Numbered from the stretch's first letter, positions 27,505 to 36,956 are shown. The stretch: 52,982 bases of DNA from an uncultured Bacteroidaceae bacterium (GCA_964432125.1 CAYSMO010000002.1:1-52982), one strand, 5' to 3'. Translations and numbers: made by a program. Notes: generated from the letters alone by a model not told the origin.

Positions 27505-27957
27505 CTATTTGATCTTTTTTAAACGATCGAGCTGCCGTTGGGTATCCTTTCGTTTAATCACCTCTCTCTTGTCGTATTGTTTTCTGCCTTTGGCAAGTGC
27601 GATCTCAACCTTGGCATATCCGGTGTCGGCAATATAGACACGGAGCGCCACGATTGTGAGCCCCGACTCCTTTACTTTTCGTTGCAACTTATTCAACTCC
27701 TTCCTGTTAAGCAGCAGTTTTCGTTCCCTTCCGGGTTCATGGCTGTTATAGCTTGCCCATGCATATTCAGCAATTTGCAGTCCCCTGATAAAAAGCTCGT
27801 TTTTATGGAATGCACAATAGGAATCTGACAGACTCACTTTGCCCATTCTGACCGATTTAATCTCAGTACCCAACAGTTCTATGCCGGCATTGAATTTCTC
27901 GATCAATTCGTAGTCGTGGTATGCTTTTCTGTTTTTTATGTTGATCCTGTTTCCCAT
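27505..27957 (-). CDS. smpB: SsrA-binding protein
   Basis: KNRKAYHDYELIEKFNAGIELLGTEIKS... with a basic C-terminal tail; canonical SmpB. Confidence 0.93.
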   Translation of the reverse strand: MGNRINIKNRKAYHDYELIEKFNAGIELLGTEIKSVRMGKVSLSDSYCAFHKNELFIRGLQIAEYAWASYNSHEPGRERKLLLNRKELNKLQRKVKESGLTIVALRVYIADTGYAKVEIALAKGRKQYDKREVIKRKDTQRQLDRLKKIK

Positions 27958-27962
27958 GGAAA

Positions 27963-28562
27963 TTAATATACCGTAAAGGTACTCAACTGATCGATAATCT
28001 CAGAATAGAGTAATGTAAAAAGCTCCGAAAGAAGAATGAAGCTTATAACCATAATAAGGATGGATAAAAGAGTGAATTGAATTCTTTTGTCAGACGGTAT
28101 GCGCGTCATGCTGCTACTTCCGGTATAGAACAGCATGGCTGAGTAGAAGCCGAGAAAGACCAGGAAGATCAGGGATGGGAATAGCTTAATAACAGCAAGA
28201 ACGAGAAAGAAGGGCAATTGGGAATAGGCAGTTAGCGTAAAATAGCGGTTTGTTTTGTTTTCGTGACAGATATTCTGTCCGAGCAGACTGATTGCCTTTC
28301 CGGAAATATAGATATGGCAGATGATGAGGAAGAAGACAATTATTGCATTGATAATGATGTACAGGAATGAGTTGATTGGTAAACTCATGTTTGAGAAAGC
28401 AGATCCAATCAGTGCAAAAACTCCTACCAGCGAAGCAATTGGTAAGGTATAGCTTTTGGTGATCGAGGCTATACTGATTTCTTCGTCTTTGATGAGGTTG
28501 AATTCCGAGTTCGGATTGAACAGCAGATTCTGACTACGAACAAATAATTTTTTCAGTCCCAT
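27963..28562 (-). CDS. Yip1-family multi-pass membrane protein
   Basis: Five predicted TM helices after a ~35-aa soluble head, a Yip1-like layout. ATG 28562 is preferred; the track start at 28577 is TTG. Confidence 0.6.
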   Translation of the reverse strand: MGLKKLFVRSQNLLFNPNSEFNLIKDEEISIASITKSYTLPIASLVGVFALIGSAFSNMSLPINSFLYIIINAIIVFFLIICHIYISGKAISLLGQNICHENKTNRYFTLTAYSQLPFFLVLAVIKLFPSLIFLVFLGFYSAMLFYTGSSSMTRIPSDKRIQFTLLSILIMVISFILLSELFTLLYSEIIDQLSTFTVY

Positions 28563-28716
28563 AGTTTTTTTATACAATGATAAATATACAAATCTTTATC
28601 TTTTTCATGGTAAAAATAAGAATCAATTTCCGGCTTATTCTTATTTTATCTATTGACAGTTTAATAACGCAGAATTCGTAAACTCAGTTCTTTCTGGCAT
28701 TTAGGCTGTATATTGT

Positions 28717-28844
28717 GTCGGAGTGGCTGGATCATAAACTTCGAGAGCAAAGCGCGCAAAAATCTTAAGACGCAGTATACTAATGTATTCGAGGATTTAA
28801 GATTTTTGCAGCAATGCAGCTATCGGACTTTATGGACAGACACT
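28717..28844 (+). repeat. Hairpin-module repeat, copy D (128 bp)
   Basis: gtcggagtggctggatcataaacttcgagagcaaagcgcgcaaaaatcttaagacgcagtatactaatgtattcgaggatttaagatttttgcagcaatgcagctatcggactttatggacagacact is the reverse complement of 24256..24383 apart from 4 positions. Confidence 0.9.
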
Positions 28845-28864
28845 AAATATATTATATTTGATTG

Positions 28865-29785
28865 ATGGAAGAGCAGGCAGAAATGATCACGATACTTGGA
28901 CACACTGCAGGTGGTAAGACATTGCTCGCTGCACATGTTGCTTATGTGTTGGGGGGAGAGGTAATCAGCGCAGATTCCCGGCAGGTTTATCGGGGAATGA
29001 CAATTGGTACCGGCAAGGATTATGGCGATTATGAGGTTGAAGGAAGGAAAATTCCTTTTCACCTGGTGGATATTGTGGATGCCGGATCGGAGTATAATGT
29101 GTTTGAATTTCAGCAGGACTTTCACGCTGTGCATCATCAGATGAAGGAGAAACATGCACTACCAGTCCTTTGTGGCGGTTCCGGACTCTATATAGAATCG
29201 GTTCTCAGACAGTTCGAAATGATTCATGTACCAGTAATTGAATCTCGAAGAATTGAGCTGGAGTCTATGAGCACAGATCAGTTGATCAGGATTCTGGCCA
29301 GTTACGGACCACTGCACAACACGACAGATATTGGTACAAAAAAGCGGTTGGTTCGAGCCATTGAGATTGCCGGGTATGAGAATTCACAGGGTTACAACAA
29401 GCCTTTTACACCGCCGGTCCGCTCACTCAATATAGGAATTCATTATGAGCGGGATGTCAGGAGAAAGAGAATTACTGAAAGGTTAAAGCAGCGATTGGAG
29501 CAGGGGATGGTGGAGGAGGTTGAAGCTTTGCTCAAGGCGGGAATTGATCATGAAAAACTGGAATACTATGGACTGGAGTATCGGTTTTTATCACAATATG
29601 TAAGAGGTGAGCTTACCTATGATGAAATGTTTACCGGTTTGAACACCGCCATACACCGGTTTGCAAAGCGTCAGATGACCTGGTTCAGGGGCATGGAACG
29701 AAGGGGAATTAAGATTCACTGGCTGGAGGGAGAACTGCCACTGCAAGAGAAAGTTGACAGAATAAAAACCCTCTACTCTTATTAA
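28865..29785 (+). CDS. miaA: tRNA dimethylallyltransferase
   Basis: P-loop ILGHTAGGKT, SADSRQVYRGMTIGTGK, and later FAKRQMTWFR. The start could be ATG 28865 or ATG 28883. A TATATTTG box at 28853-28860 sits just upstream. Confidence 0.88.
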   Translation: MEEQAEMITILGHTAGGKTLLAAHVAYVLGGEVISADSRQVYRGMTIGTGKDYGDYEVEGRKIPFHLVDIVDAGSEYNVFEFQQDFHAVHHQMKEKHALPVLCGGSGLYIESVLRQFEMIHVPVIESRRIELESMSTDQLIRILASYGPLHNTTDIGTKKRLVRAIEIAGYENSQGYNKPFTPPVRSLNIGIHYERDVRRKRITERLKQRLEQGMVEEVEALLKAGIDHEKLEYYGLEYRFLSQYVRGELTYDEMFTGLNTAIHRFAKRQMTWFRGMERRGIKIHWLEGELPLQEKVDRIKTLYSY

Positions 29786-29789
29786 TCAC

Positions 29790-29871
29790 AGCCACTTTAG
29801 ATCTAGTCCAGAATGAACCGGAGCGCAGCGGAGCTCGACGAAGTCAAAACTAAGTCCTTTTAAGAGTGGCT
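29790..29871 (+). repeat. Core-module repeat, copy F (agccact...agtggct bounded)
   Basis: agccactttagatctagtccagaatgaaccggagcgcagcggagctcgacgaagtcaaaactaagtccttttaagagtggct. It begins 4 nt after the miaA stop. Confidence 0.7.
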
Positions 29872-29988
29872 AGTAAGAAGGCTCCATTTTCAAGGCTTGC
29901 GCAGTCTAAAAATGAGGAGTTTACTAATCGTAAATGACGAATTTTTAGACAAGCGTAACGCAGAAAATGGAGTTTTCTTGCAGCCACT
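29865..29988 (+). repeat. Hairpin-module repeat, copy H4 (124 bp)
   Basis: agtggct...agccact termini and two perfect 9-bp stems (ctccatttt/aaaatggag; tctaaaaat/atttttaga). The 27-nt loop gaggagtttactaatcgtaaatgacga is homologous to the copy D loop gacgcagtatactaatgtattcgaggat. The right end overlaps the stop codon of the 29987..30394 gene. Confidence 0.8.
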
Positions 29989-30394
29989 ATTTGAACTGCC
30001 AGGGGATATCTATAATATAATAGATAAGTCCGCCGGCAATAAGCAGGTTGATTCCGGAGAAGAGGTAGTTATACACTACACGCCATGATCTGACGCTTCT
30101 TCTGATCATGATCCCGACATTGGGAATAAAAAAAGCGAACACAGAAAAGATGGTAAATGCTGTAAGAATTCTCTCTTCATTCGCTTCATCGGTTGGCTCG
30201 GATGTAATCGAAAAAAAGAGCACAAGGTAGGCCAAAAGCAGAAAAGTGGCCAGGTAGATCAGGTACGAAGTCTTTAAAACGACTGTTGACGCAGGCCTTT
30301 TGCGATGAATTCTGAGGGGTTTCAGAATAATGATCGCAACAACATACACCAGCAGAAATGCTGTAATAAAAATAAAATGAAGCAGGAAGTTCAT
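29987..30394 (-). CDS. Hypothetical 4-TM membrane protein
   Basis: 135-aa ORF with four clear hydrophobic helices. I recognise no motif. Confidence 0.5.
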   Translation of the reverse strand: MNFLLHFIFITAFLLVYVVAIIILKPLRIHRKRPASTVVLKTSYLIYLATFLLLAYLVLFFSITSEPTDEANEERILTAFTIFSVFAFFIPNVGIMIRRSVRSWRVVYNYLFSGINLLIAGGLIYYIIDIPWQFK

Positions 30395-30517
30395 AACTGG
30401 TTGTTGATGTTTTCACCTGCAAGATATAAAATAGATCGCAATTAGTGAAAATAGTTGCTTGTAAGGAATGCGTTTGCTGGCTCAAACACTATGCAGGGCT
30501 TGCCTGAAGGACAGGAT

Positions 30518-31531
30518 TTACTTCTCAATCTTTTTCATTGCCTCTTTAACCTTCACTTCGAGCTCTTCGGACAATTCGGGATTGTCCTGCAAAAGCAGTT
30601 TTACGGCATCCCTTCCCTGGCCTAGTCTTGTTTCACCATAGCTAAACCAGGAACCACTCTTTTTCAGAATCTCCAATTCAACCCCCAGATCGATCAATTC
30701 TCCGGTCTTGGAGATACCCAGCCCGTACATAATATCGAATTCAGCTTTTCTGAAGGGGGGCGCGAGCTTGTTTTTCACCACTTTAACACGCGACCTGTTG
30801 CCTTGAATATCTTCTCCGTCTTTTAGCTGACCGATCCGGCGAATGTCCAGTCTGATTGACGCATAGAATTTAAGGGCGTTTCCACCGGTCGTTGTTTCAG
30901 GATTGCCGAACATGACGCCAATCTTCTCCCTGAGTTGGTTAATAAAGATACAGGTGGTATTGGTTTTGCTGATATTGGCAGCCAGCTTTCGAAGTGCCTG
31001 GGACATGAGTCGCGCCTGAAGTCCCATTTTCGATTCTCCCATCTCGCCCTCGATCTCTGCTTTTGGAGTGAGCGCTGCCACCGAGTCGATTACAATAATG
31101 TCAATGGCTCCGGAGCGGATCAGGTGGTCGGTGATTTCAAGGGCCTGCTCCCCGTTATCGGGTTGGGAGATATAGAGATTTTCCACATCCACCCCCAGTT
31201 TCTGCGCGTAGAACCTGTCGAAGGCGTGCTCAGCATCAATGAATGCGGCGATACCTCCTTTTTTCTGTGCTTCAGCAATGGCGTGAATTGCCAGTGTGGT
31301 CTTTCCTGAAGATTCAGGTCCGTATATCTCAATGACCCTTCCGCGGGGATAACCACCGACACCTAGTGCAATGTCAAGACCAATGGAGCCACTTCCAATA
31401 ACAGGCACGTCTATTATGGCAGAATCGCCCATTTTCATGATCGCTCCCTTACCGTACCCTTTTTCAATTTTGTCCAGTGTGAGATTCAATGCCTTCAGCT
31501 TTTCCTGGTTGTCATTTTTTTGATTCGTCAT
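30518..31531 (-). CDS. recA: Recombinase A
   Basis: GPESSGKTT Walker [11 protein letters not shown] Walker B, L1/L2 loops; unmistakable RecA. Confidence 0.97.
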   Translation of the reverse strand: MTNQKNDNQEKLKALNLTLDKIEKGYGKGAIMKMGDSAIIDVPVIGSGSIGLDIALGVGGYPRGRVIEIYGPESSGKTTLAIHAIAEAQKKGGIAAFIDAEHAFDRFYAQKLGVDVENLYISQPDNGEQALEITDHLIRSGAIDIIVIDSVAALTPKAEIEGEMGESKMGLQARLMSQALRKLAANISKTNTTCIFINQLREKIGVMFGNPETTTGGNALKFYASIRLDIRRIGQLKDGEDIQGNRSRVKVVKNKLAPPFRKAEFDIMYGLGISKTGELIDLGVELEILKKSGSWFSYGETRLGQGRDAVKLLLQDNPELSEELEVKVKEAMKKIEK

Positions 31532-31556
31532 ACTCTTTTTTACCTGTTAATGTGTT

Positions 31557-32012
31557 CTAACCTTCGAATATCTGTTTTGAATGGTTCTTTGTATCAACTT
31601 TTTCTATGATATTTTCGATGTTGCCCTCCTCAGAGATGATGAATGTTTTCCTCAGAACACCCATGTAGGCTTTTCCATACATCTTTTTCTCACCCCATGC
31701 CCCGTATGCCTCCAGTATTTTTTTATCAACATCTGAAAGCAGCCGGAAGGGAAGGTCATATTTCTCAATGAATTTCTGGTGCGATTTCTGACTGTCAGGA
31801 CTCACCCCCAGGATTTCATATCCGTTGGCAAGGAAACTTTCATAATTGTCCCTCAGGTCACATGCCTCTGAAGTACACCCAGGGGTATTGTCCTTAGGAT
31901 AAAAGTATAACACAAGTTTCTTTCCCTTGAACTCCTCCAGGGAGACCATATTTCCATTTTGATCCGGCGCAGAAAAGTCAGGTGCCGAATCTCCGATTTT
32001 CAAATTGCTCAT
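31557..32012 (-). CDS. bcp: Thiol peroxidase, Bcp-type peroxiredoxin
   Basis: FYPKDNTPGCTSEAC active-site motif. It lies 25 nt upstream of recA on the same strand. Confidence 0.9.
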   Translation of the reverse strand: MSNLKIGDSAPDFSAPDQNGNMVSLEEFKGKKLVLYFYPKDNTPGCTSEACDLRDNYESFLANGYEILGVSPDSQKSHQKFIEKYDLPFRLLSDVDKKILEAYGAWGEKKMYGKAYMGVLRKTFIISEEGNIENIIEKVDTKNHSKQIFEG

Positions 32013-32115
32013 TTTTTATTTGTATTTGTAAAATTATAAAGATTAAGTTGATTTGAGTGCTGATTGCTATAGAGTTTATTAACAATTTGCCGGAAAAATA
32101 ATGAATTAATATTTG

Positions 32116-32123
32116 TATTTTTG
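32116..32123 (+). promoter_or_regulatory. Candidate -7 promoter box (TATTTTTG)
   Basis: Exact TAnnTTTG match about 50 nt upstream of the ATG at 32174. Confidence 0.3.
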
Positions 32124-32173
32124 ACTGTTTAATATTTCGATTGCACACCTGTTAAAACAGTTATAATAACAAT

Positions 32174-34330
32174 ATGTTTAGAAAATTTTTTACACGACTT
32201 TTTGCAGTGCTTTTTGCCTTATCCCTGACAGGTTTTATTAGTCTCAGCGCACAGATACCGGAGCATCAGGTGCCTGGACTAAAAGCCAGGGCCATTGAAA
32301 ACTTTGATAGTAAAGCGTATGCTGCTGCCGAATCCGAATTTTTGAAATTGATCGCGCAGTTTCCCAAGGATCCGATGTACCGTTATTATGCCGGTATCTG
32401 TAAGGTTAAGCTGAACAGGGATCTGAATCAGGCTGTGGAGTTGCTCCACTTTGCATCGTCGCGGGGTGTCCCGCCGGATGTGTACTATTATCTCGGGGAG
32501 GCCCACAGGAAACTGTACGATTTTCAAGGGGCCAGGAGTTCTTTTATCGAGTTCGACAAGGCTGCTTCACGCAAGGTTGCCCGGGAGAAGAACACGAAAC
32601 TGTTGGTTAACTCGGTGGTATATGCCATGCAGCTCACCTCCTCCTATAACCCTTTCGACGTGAAGAGCGTTACCTTCATGGACCTCAATGATCCTGACCA
32701 GTATTCACAAATCAAAATGAAAGGGGGAGATCTTACGATCAAGCCCGATGCGTTCTTTTCTCTCAATGAGGAGCGGGACGATCTGAACAGCCTGATGTTC
32801 ATGCCGGAGAAAGTTGGTCGTGGAGCGCTTGTCTATTTTTCCGGACTGGACAAGTCAGGAAAAAATGGGTTCCAGATCATGCAGGCACGGAAGTCAGCCA
32901 CTGGAAAATGGGTTGATATGAAGGCAGTTGATGCACTGAACACGGAGCAGGATGAGATATTGCCTTATTATGATCCGGTAGGTCGCGATATTTACTTCGC
33001 TACCGATGGAAGGGAAGGGATCGGTGGATTCGACCTCTTCAGGTCACATTTTGATGAAAGCCGTGGAGAATGGTCGGAGCCGATCAACCTGGGCTTCCCG
33101 GTTAATTCAGCTTTTGATGACTATCTGTTGTTACCCGGGTCGGACCTTGGGAAGGTTATTTTCTTCTCCGCCCGGCAGTCGTCCGATTCTGCAGTAGCAG
33201 TATACAATGTTCATCTCAGCGAGCCCAAGCAGCCCCTTGCGATCCATACCCCGGAGGAGATCAGAAAGATCGCCAACCTCGGGAATGTTGCAGCCGATGC
33301 ACGAAAGGATTACGAAGCATATCGTGCGCTTTTGGCTGGTAACGGGGGATCGCCGGAGTTACCCGGGGATCGCATGAATGAAGAGGAGGAAACTGTTGAG
33401 CCGGAGATGCAGGACGAAATGAATGAGATAACGAATGTAATGCATGACCAGCAGCATGATCAGCTGGTTTTCAATGCGCTCAGGCACCAGTCGGCCTCCG
33501 ATTCGCTTGTCGAGCTGGCAATGAATGCCCGGTTGAAGGTGCGTGAATCGGATGATCCCAATGATCGGTGGATGTATCAGAAACAGATCATGGTATGGGA
33601 GAAGAAAGCGGATGAGGAACGGGTGTTGGCAGATGGTTATTTCGCCCTGGTTAACAATTATGTGGCTGAGGAGCTTCCGGCAGCGATTGAAAAGGATACG
33701 GTGATCAATGATATGACCGTCTACCGGTTCGCGGAGCAGCCCGACCGGATCAATGAGAAGGCAAAAGAGGTGTTTAATGACCGGTCGGCAGATATGGAGA
33801 ACAGTGGAAACGAGAAGGATGCTGAGCCTGTTGCTGCTGCGGAGAAGAGCAGCGATCGCCCGGGAAAACTTTTGCCTGCAGCGAGGAGTAGCGATCCCCC
33901 GGTAGCTGAGGCAGTTGAGGATGTGAGAAGCGATCCCCCGGTAAATGCGGTAATTGAGGCTAAGCGTGGCGATCCCACGGTTTTGAACAGCTTTGAGATC
34001 CTGGACCGTTCGCCCTATTCCGCCGAGACACCTGTGCCGGCAAATATGGCGATCCCCGGAGGCACTTTTTACAGGATTCAGCTTGGGGTTTTTTCGAAAG
34101 AGGTGGCTTATGATGCATTTGGGGGGTTGACACCCATTGCGGCTGAGACACTGCCGGGAAGGAACCTGACTAAATATTATGTTGGCTCATTCAGCAGGCA
34201 TGAAGATGTGAGCCGGGCGTTGCCGAAAGTGCGGTCAGCCGGATTTGCAGATGCGTTTATTGTGGCATATTACAATGGCCGTGTTATGTCGCTCGAAAAG
34301 GCCAGAAAGCTTGAGGAGCCGCTTCCCTGA
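32174..34330 (+). CDS. Secreted TPR + PD40-like + low-complexity + SPOR-domain protein
   Basis: Signal peptide, then TPR-like helices in the first ~130 aa. PD40-like segment: LPYYDPVGRDIYFATDGREGIGGFDLFRS. C-terminal SPOR: FYRIQLGVFSKEV...YYVGSFSRHEDVSRALPKVRSAGFADAFIVAYYNG. Confidence 0.75.
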   Translation: MFRKFFTRLFAVLFALSLTGFISLSAQIPEHQVPGLKARAIENFDSKAYAAAESEFLKLIAQFPKDPMYRYYAGICKVKLNRDLNQAVELLHFASSRGVPPDVYYYLGEAHRKLYDFQGARSSFIEFDKAASRKVAREKNTKLLVNSVVYAMQLTSSYNPFDVKSVTFMDLNDPDQYSQIKMKGGDLTIKPDAFFSLNEERDDLNSLMFMPEKVGRGALVYFSGLDKSGKNGFQIMQARKSATGKWVDMKAVDALNTEQDEILPYYDPVGRDIYFATDGREGIGGFDLFRSHFDESRGEWSEPINLGFPVNSAFDDYLLLPGSDLGKVIFFSARQSSDSAVAVYNVHLSEPKQPLAIHTPEEIRKIANLGNVAADARKDYEAYRALLAGNGGSPELPGDRMNEEEETVEPEMQDEMNEITNVMHDQQHDQLVFNALRHQSASDSLVELAMNARLKVRESDDPNDRWMYQKQIMVWEKKADEERVLADGYFALVNNYVAEELPAAIEKDTVINDMTVYRFAEQPDRINEKAKEVFNDRSADMENSGNEKDAEPVAAAEKSSDRPGKLLPAARSSDPPVAEAVEDVRSDPPVNAVIEAKRGDPTVLNSFEILDRSPYSAETPVPANMAIPGGTFYRIQLGVFSKEVAYDAFGGLTPIAAETLPGRNLTKYYVGSFSRHEDVSRALPKVRSAGFADAFIVAYYNGRVMSLEKARKLEEPLP

Positions 34331-34453
34331 AAGGCTCGTTTTTGAAGTGTTTTGAGGAAGATTGTCTGCCGGATGAAGTTTTTATAAGAAAAGATGGCGG
34401 GAACCAGTGGGATAATAATTTCTTTTTATATATTTGAATAGAATAGAAATTCA

Positions 34454-34735
34454 ATGGACAGTAATTTTTCCGGCAAACCGGGTAAGCGTGAATCTGAACA
34501 GGGCCATACACAAAATGTTTCTGTTTTGGTGTTGCATAACGACGATGTGAATTCGTTTGAATATGTTATGGAGATACTGGAGGAGGTATGCGCACATACG
34601 ATTTTGCAGGCGGAGCAATGTGCCATGATTACACATTACAAAGGTAAATGTGAGATTTTAAAAGGAGGTGTGGGTGAACTCAAACTGGCCAGGCAGGAGT
34701 TGGTGGCCCGTGGCCTGAGTGCAACAATCGAATAA
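34454..34735 (+). CDS. clpS: ATP-dependent Clp protease adaptor ClpS
   Basis: VLVLHNDDVNSFEYVMEILEEVCAHTILQAEQCAMITHYKGKC matches the ClpS core. Confidence 0.85.
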   Translation: MDSNFSGKPGKRESEQGHTQNVSVLVLHNDDVNSFEYVMEILEEVCAHTILQAEQCAMITHYKGKCEILKGGVGELKLARQELVARGLSATIE

Positions 34736-34746
34736 ATAGGTAAAGA

Positions 34747-35211
34747 ATGACAATAATTATTCTGCTGATTATCCTGGGAATCCTCCTTTTTGTGATTGAG
34801 TTCATGCTGGTTCCAGGGATTACCATCGCTGGTATCGGAGGACTGGTTCTCACCGTTCTTGGGGTCTACAAGGCATTTGAGGATTACGGTACGACCACCG
34901 GTATATGGTTTCTTATCGGAACAATGCTGGTAAGTATTTTTGTGATCGCTTTTTCGCTAAGGGCGCGGACGTGGAAGCGTTTTATGCTCAATACGAATGT
35001 GACAGGAACGGTGCATGAGGATCTGCTGGCAGATGGTATTCAGAAGGGAGATGAGGGGCAGACAGTTACGAGGCTGGCATCGATGGGGAAGATCATGATT
35101 AACGGGAAGATTCGTGAAGCGCGGTCGATTGAGGGATATCTGGACGAAAACAGGCCGGTTGTTGTTGTTGGAATTGAAGGTACGATTATTAAAGTAAAAC
35201 TAAAAAAATAG
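34747..35211 (+). CDS. NfeD-family membrane protein
   Basis: Three N-terminal TM helices plus a C-terminal OB-fold-like soluble domain. It sits directly upstream of an SPFH/flotillin gene, the classic NfeD context. Confidence 0.8.
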   Translation: MTIIILLIILGILLFVIEFMLVPGITIAGIGGLVLTVLGVYKAFEDYGTTTGIWFLIGTMLVSIFVIAFSLRARTWKRFMLNTNVTGTVHEDLLADGIQKGDEGQTVTRLASMGKIMINGKIREARSIEGYLDENRPVVVVGIEGTIIKVKLKK

Positions 35212-35218
35212 ACAGATT

Positions 35219-36226
35219 ATGGATGTTATGAATTTTTCTTGGATCATTATTGTTGTGGCCAGTATTATTGGCCTTTGGATTATTCTCTATTTCATACCGA
35301 TCGGATTGTGGTTTACCGCACTGCTTTCGGGAGTGAGAATCTCTTTGTTGCAACTTATCCTGATGCGCTGGAGAAAAGTACCGCCCACAGTTATTGTGCG
35401 GTCGATGATTGAGGCCTATAAGGCGGGACTTATTGAGGTTAAGCGCGATGCCCTTGAGGCGCATTATCTTGCCGGGGGACATGTCGAGCAGGTGGTACAT
35501 GCGCTGGTATCGGCCAATAAGGCGAATATCGACCTGGGGTACAATATGGCAACGGCGATTGACCTGGCAGGAAGGGATGTGCTGGAGGCGGTGCAGATGT
35601 CTGTGAATCCGAAGGTGATTAATACACCACCGGTGACTGCCGTTGCAAAAGATGGTATTCAGCTGATTGCCAAGGCACGGGTAACGGTGAGGGCATCGAT
35701 CAAGCAGTTGGTTGGTGGAGCAGGCGAGGAGACGGTGCTGGCCCGTGTGGGTGAAGGGATCGTTTCGTCGATTGGTTCGGCGGTGTCGCACAAAGAGGTG
35801 CTGGAGAATCCTGATTTTATTTCACGGACAGTACTCGAAAAGGGACTGGATGCAGGAACTGCATTTGAGATTCTGTCGATCGATATTGCTGATATAGATA
35901 TCGGTAAGAACATTGGTGCCGTGCTGCAGATGGACCAGGCGAATGCTGACAAAAATATTGCACAGGCGAAAGCGGAGGAACGCAGGGCGATGGCTGTTGC
36001 CACTGAGCAGGAGATGAAGGCCAAAGCACAGGAGGCCAGGGCGAAGGTTATTGAAGCTGAAGTGGAGATACCCCTGGCAATGGCAGAGGCTTTCAGAAGC
36101 GGTAACCTCGGTATTATGGATTACTACAAATTCAAGAACATTGAGGCTGACACAACCATGCGTGACTCGATCTCGAAAGGGACAGGCAAAGGCTCAGGTA
36201 CCAGCTCGGACGATAAGAGGAAATAG
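35219..36226 (+). CDS. floA: Flotillin-like protein FloA (UPF0365/SPFH)
   Basis: An N-terminal hairpin helix, then [22 protein letters not shown]...AYKAGL... and an A/E/K-rich coiled C-terminus, as in FloA/YqfA. Confidence 0.85.
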   Translation: MDVMNFSWIIIVVASIIGLWIILYFIPIGLWFTALLSGVRISLLQLILMRWRKVPPTVIVRSMIEAYKAGLIEVKRDALEAHYLAGGHVEQVVHALVSANKANIDLGYNMATAIDLAGRDVLEAVQMSVNPKVINTPPVTAVAKDGIQLIAKARVTVRASIKQLVGGAGEETVLARVGEGIVSSIGSAVSHKEVLENPDFISRTVLEKGLDAGTAFEILSIDIADIDIGKNIGAVLQMDQANADKNIAQAKAEERRAMAVATEQEMKAKAQEARAKVIEAEVEIPLAMAEAFRSGNLGIMDYYKFKNIEADTTMRDSISKGTGKGSGTSSDDKRK

Positions 36227-36413
36227 GAATAACAGGCACAACAGTTGAAGTGCAGTTTCGAACACTTCAATAAATACATGTGCATTTCCGGACGATTTTA
36301 ACACAGTGAAAAAATTAGAAAAAACATCATAAAATACAGATAAACAGAAATATAACGATTTTGGCACAGAATATGTTTATTTGATTTTAACAAAAATTAA
36401 ATAAACGCATATT

Positions 36414-36896
36414 ATGAAAACAAAAGTTAGTTTTATTTCAGGAATGTTGACAATTGCAATGGCACTTGTTATGACCACAGGAACAGTTTACGCCGATGGC
36501 GGAACTACAGATGTTTATGCTAAAGGAGCAACCAATACACCTGCAGGTGATTATGTTGTTCGAGCCACAAATGATGTATATCATTTTCAGGGAGAAGAAT
36601 ATGAAGTGTATAAGGTGTATTATGATGAACCTTCCATGAACATGAATATTGCTGTAAAAAAAGGTAAAAGATGTCAATCATTTGTCGCTTACACCAATGA
36701 TTACACAGTGTTTTTTAATTGTGACAAGAATGGATTTGGTGCAAGGAAGATCATGTTTGGCAACCCGGAAACTCAGAACAATTTTGATTTTGTCCAATAC
36801 CAAAAGCAAACAGTATTAAGTGAACAGAATAAAATTGAGAAAAAGGAAGCAATTGATTTAATAGCCACTTCTCTTCCGGGGATGCATTCCGCATAG
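36414..36896 (+). CDS. Hypothetical secreted protein
   Basis: 160-aa ORF with a signal peptide (..LVMTTGTVYADG) in a visibly A+T-rich stretch. No recognisable motif. Confidence 0.5.
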   Translation: MKTKVSFISGMLTIAMALVMTTGTVYADGGTTDVYAKGATNTPAGDYVVRATNDVYHFQGEEYEVYKVYYDEPSMNMNIAVKKGKRCQSFVAYTNDYTVFFNCDKNGFGARKIMFGNPETQNNFDFVQYQKQTVLSEQNKIEKKEAIDLIATSLPGMHSA

Positions 36897-36924
36897 TTTA
36901 ACCAGGTCTCCTATTCTTATTTAT

Positions 36925-36956
36925 AAGAGGTTGTCTTTGTAGGCAGCCTCTTTTTT
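36925..36956 (+). terminator. Intrinsic terminator
   Basis: Stem aagaggttg...cagcctctt followed by T6 (36951-36956). The T-run overlaps the stop codon of the convergent TolC-like gene. Confidence 0.6.

Noticed and set aside
24256-28844. Inverted 128-bp copies as ends of a composite transposon or IS
   Set aside because: There is no transposase or integrase between them. The cargo includes core genes (smpB), and the copies belong to a wider intergenic repeat family. I kept the observation only as a possible inversion substrate.
27458-28861. tmRNA (ssrA) next to smpB
   Set aside because: I found no tRNA-Ala-like acceptor/T-arm sequence or tag-reading-frame candidate in the flanking gaps. ssrA is often unlinked from smpB.
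10644-29988. Repeat family as a CRISPR array
   Set aside because: The copies are 40-137 nt long, are dispersed over 19 kb in separate intergenic gaps and have mixed orientations. There is no regular repeat-spacer periodicity and no cas genes.
29897-30088. 63-aa + strand ORF
   Set aside because: It starts inside hairpin-module H4 and runs antisense into the 4-TM membrane protein gene.
35189-35791. 200-aa His/Arg-rich antisense ORF inside floA
   Set aside because: It is a shadow ORF of a confidently assigned gene with extreme composition.
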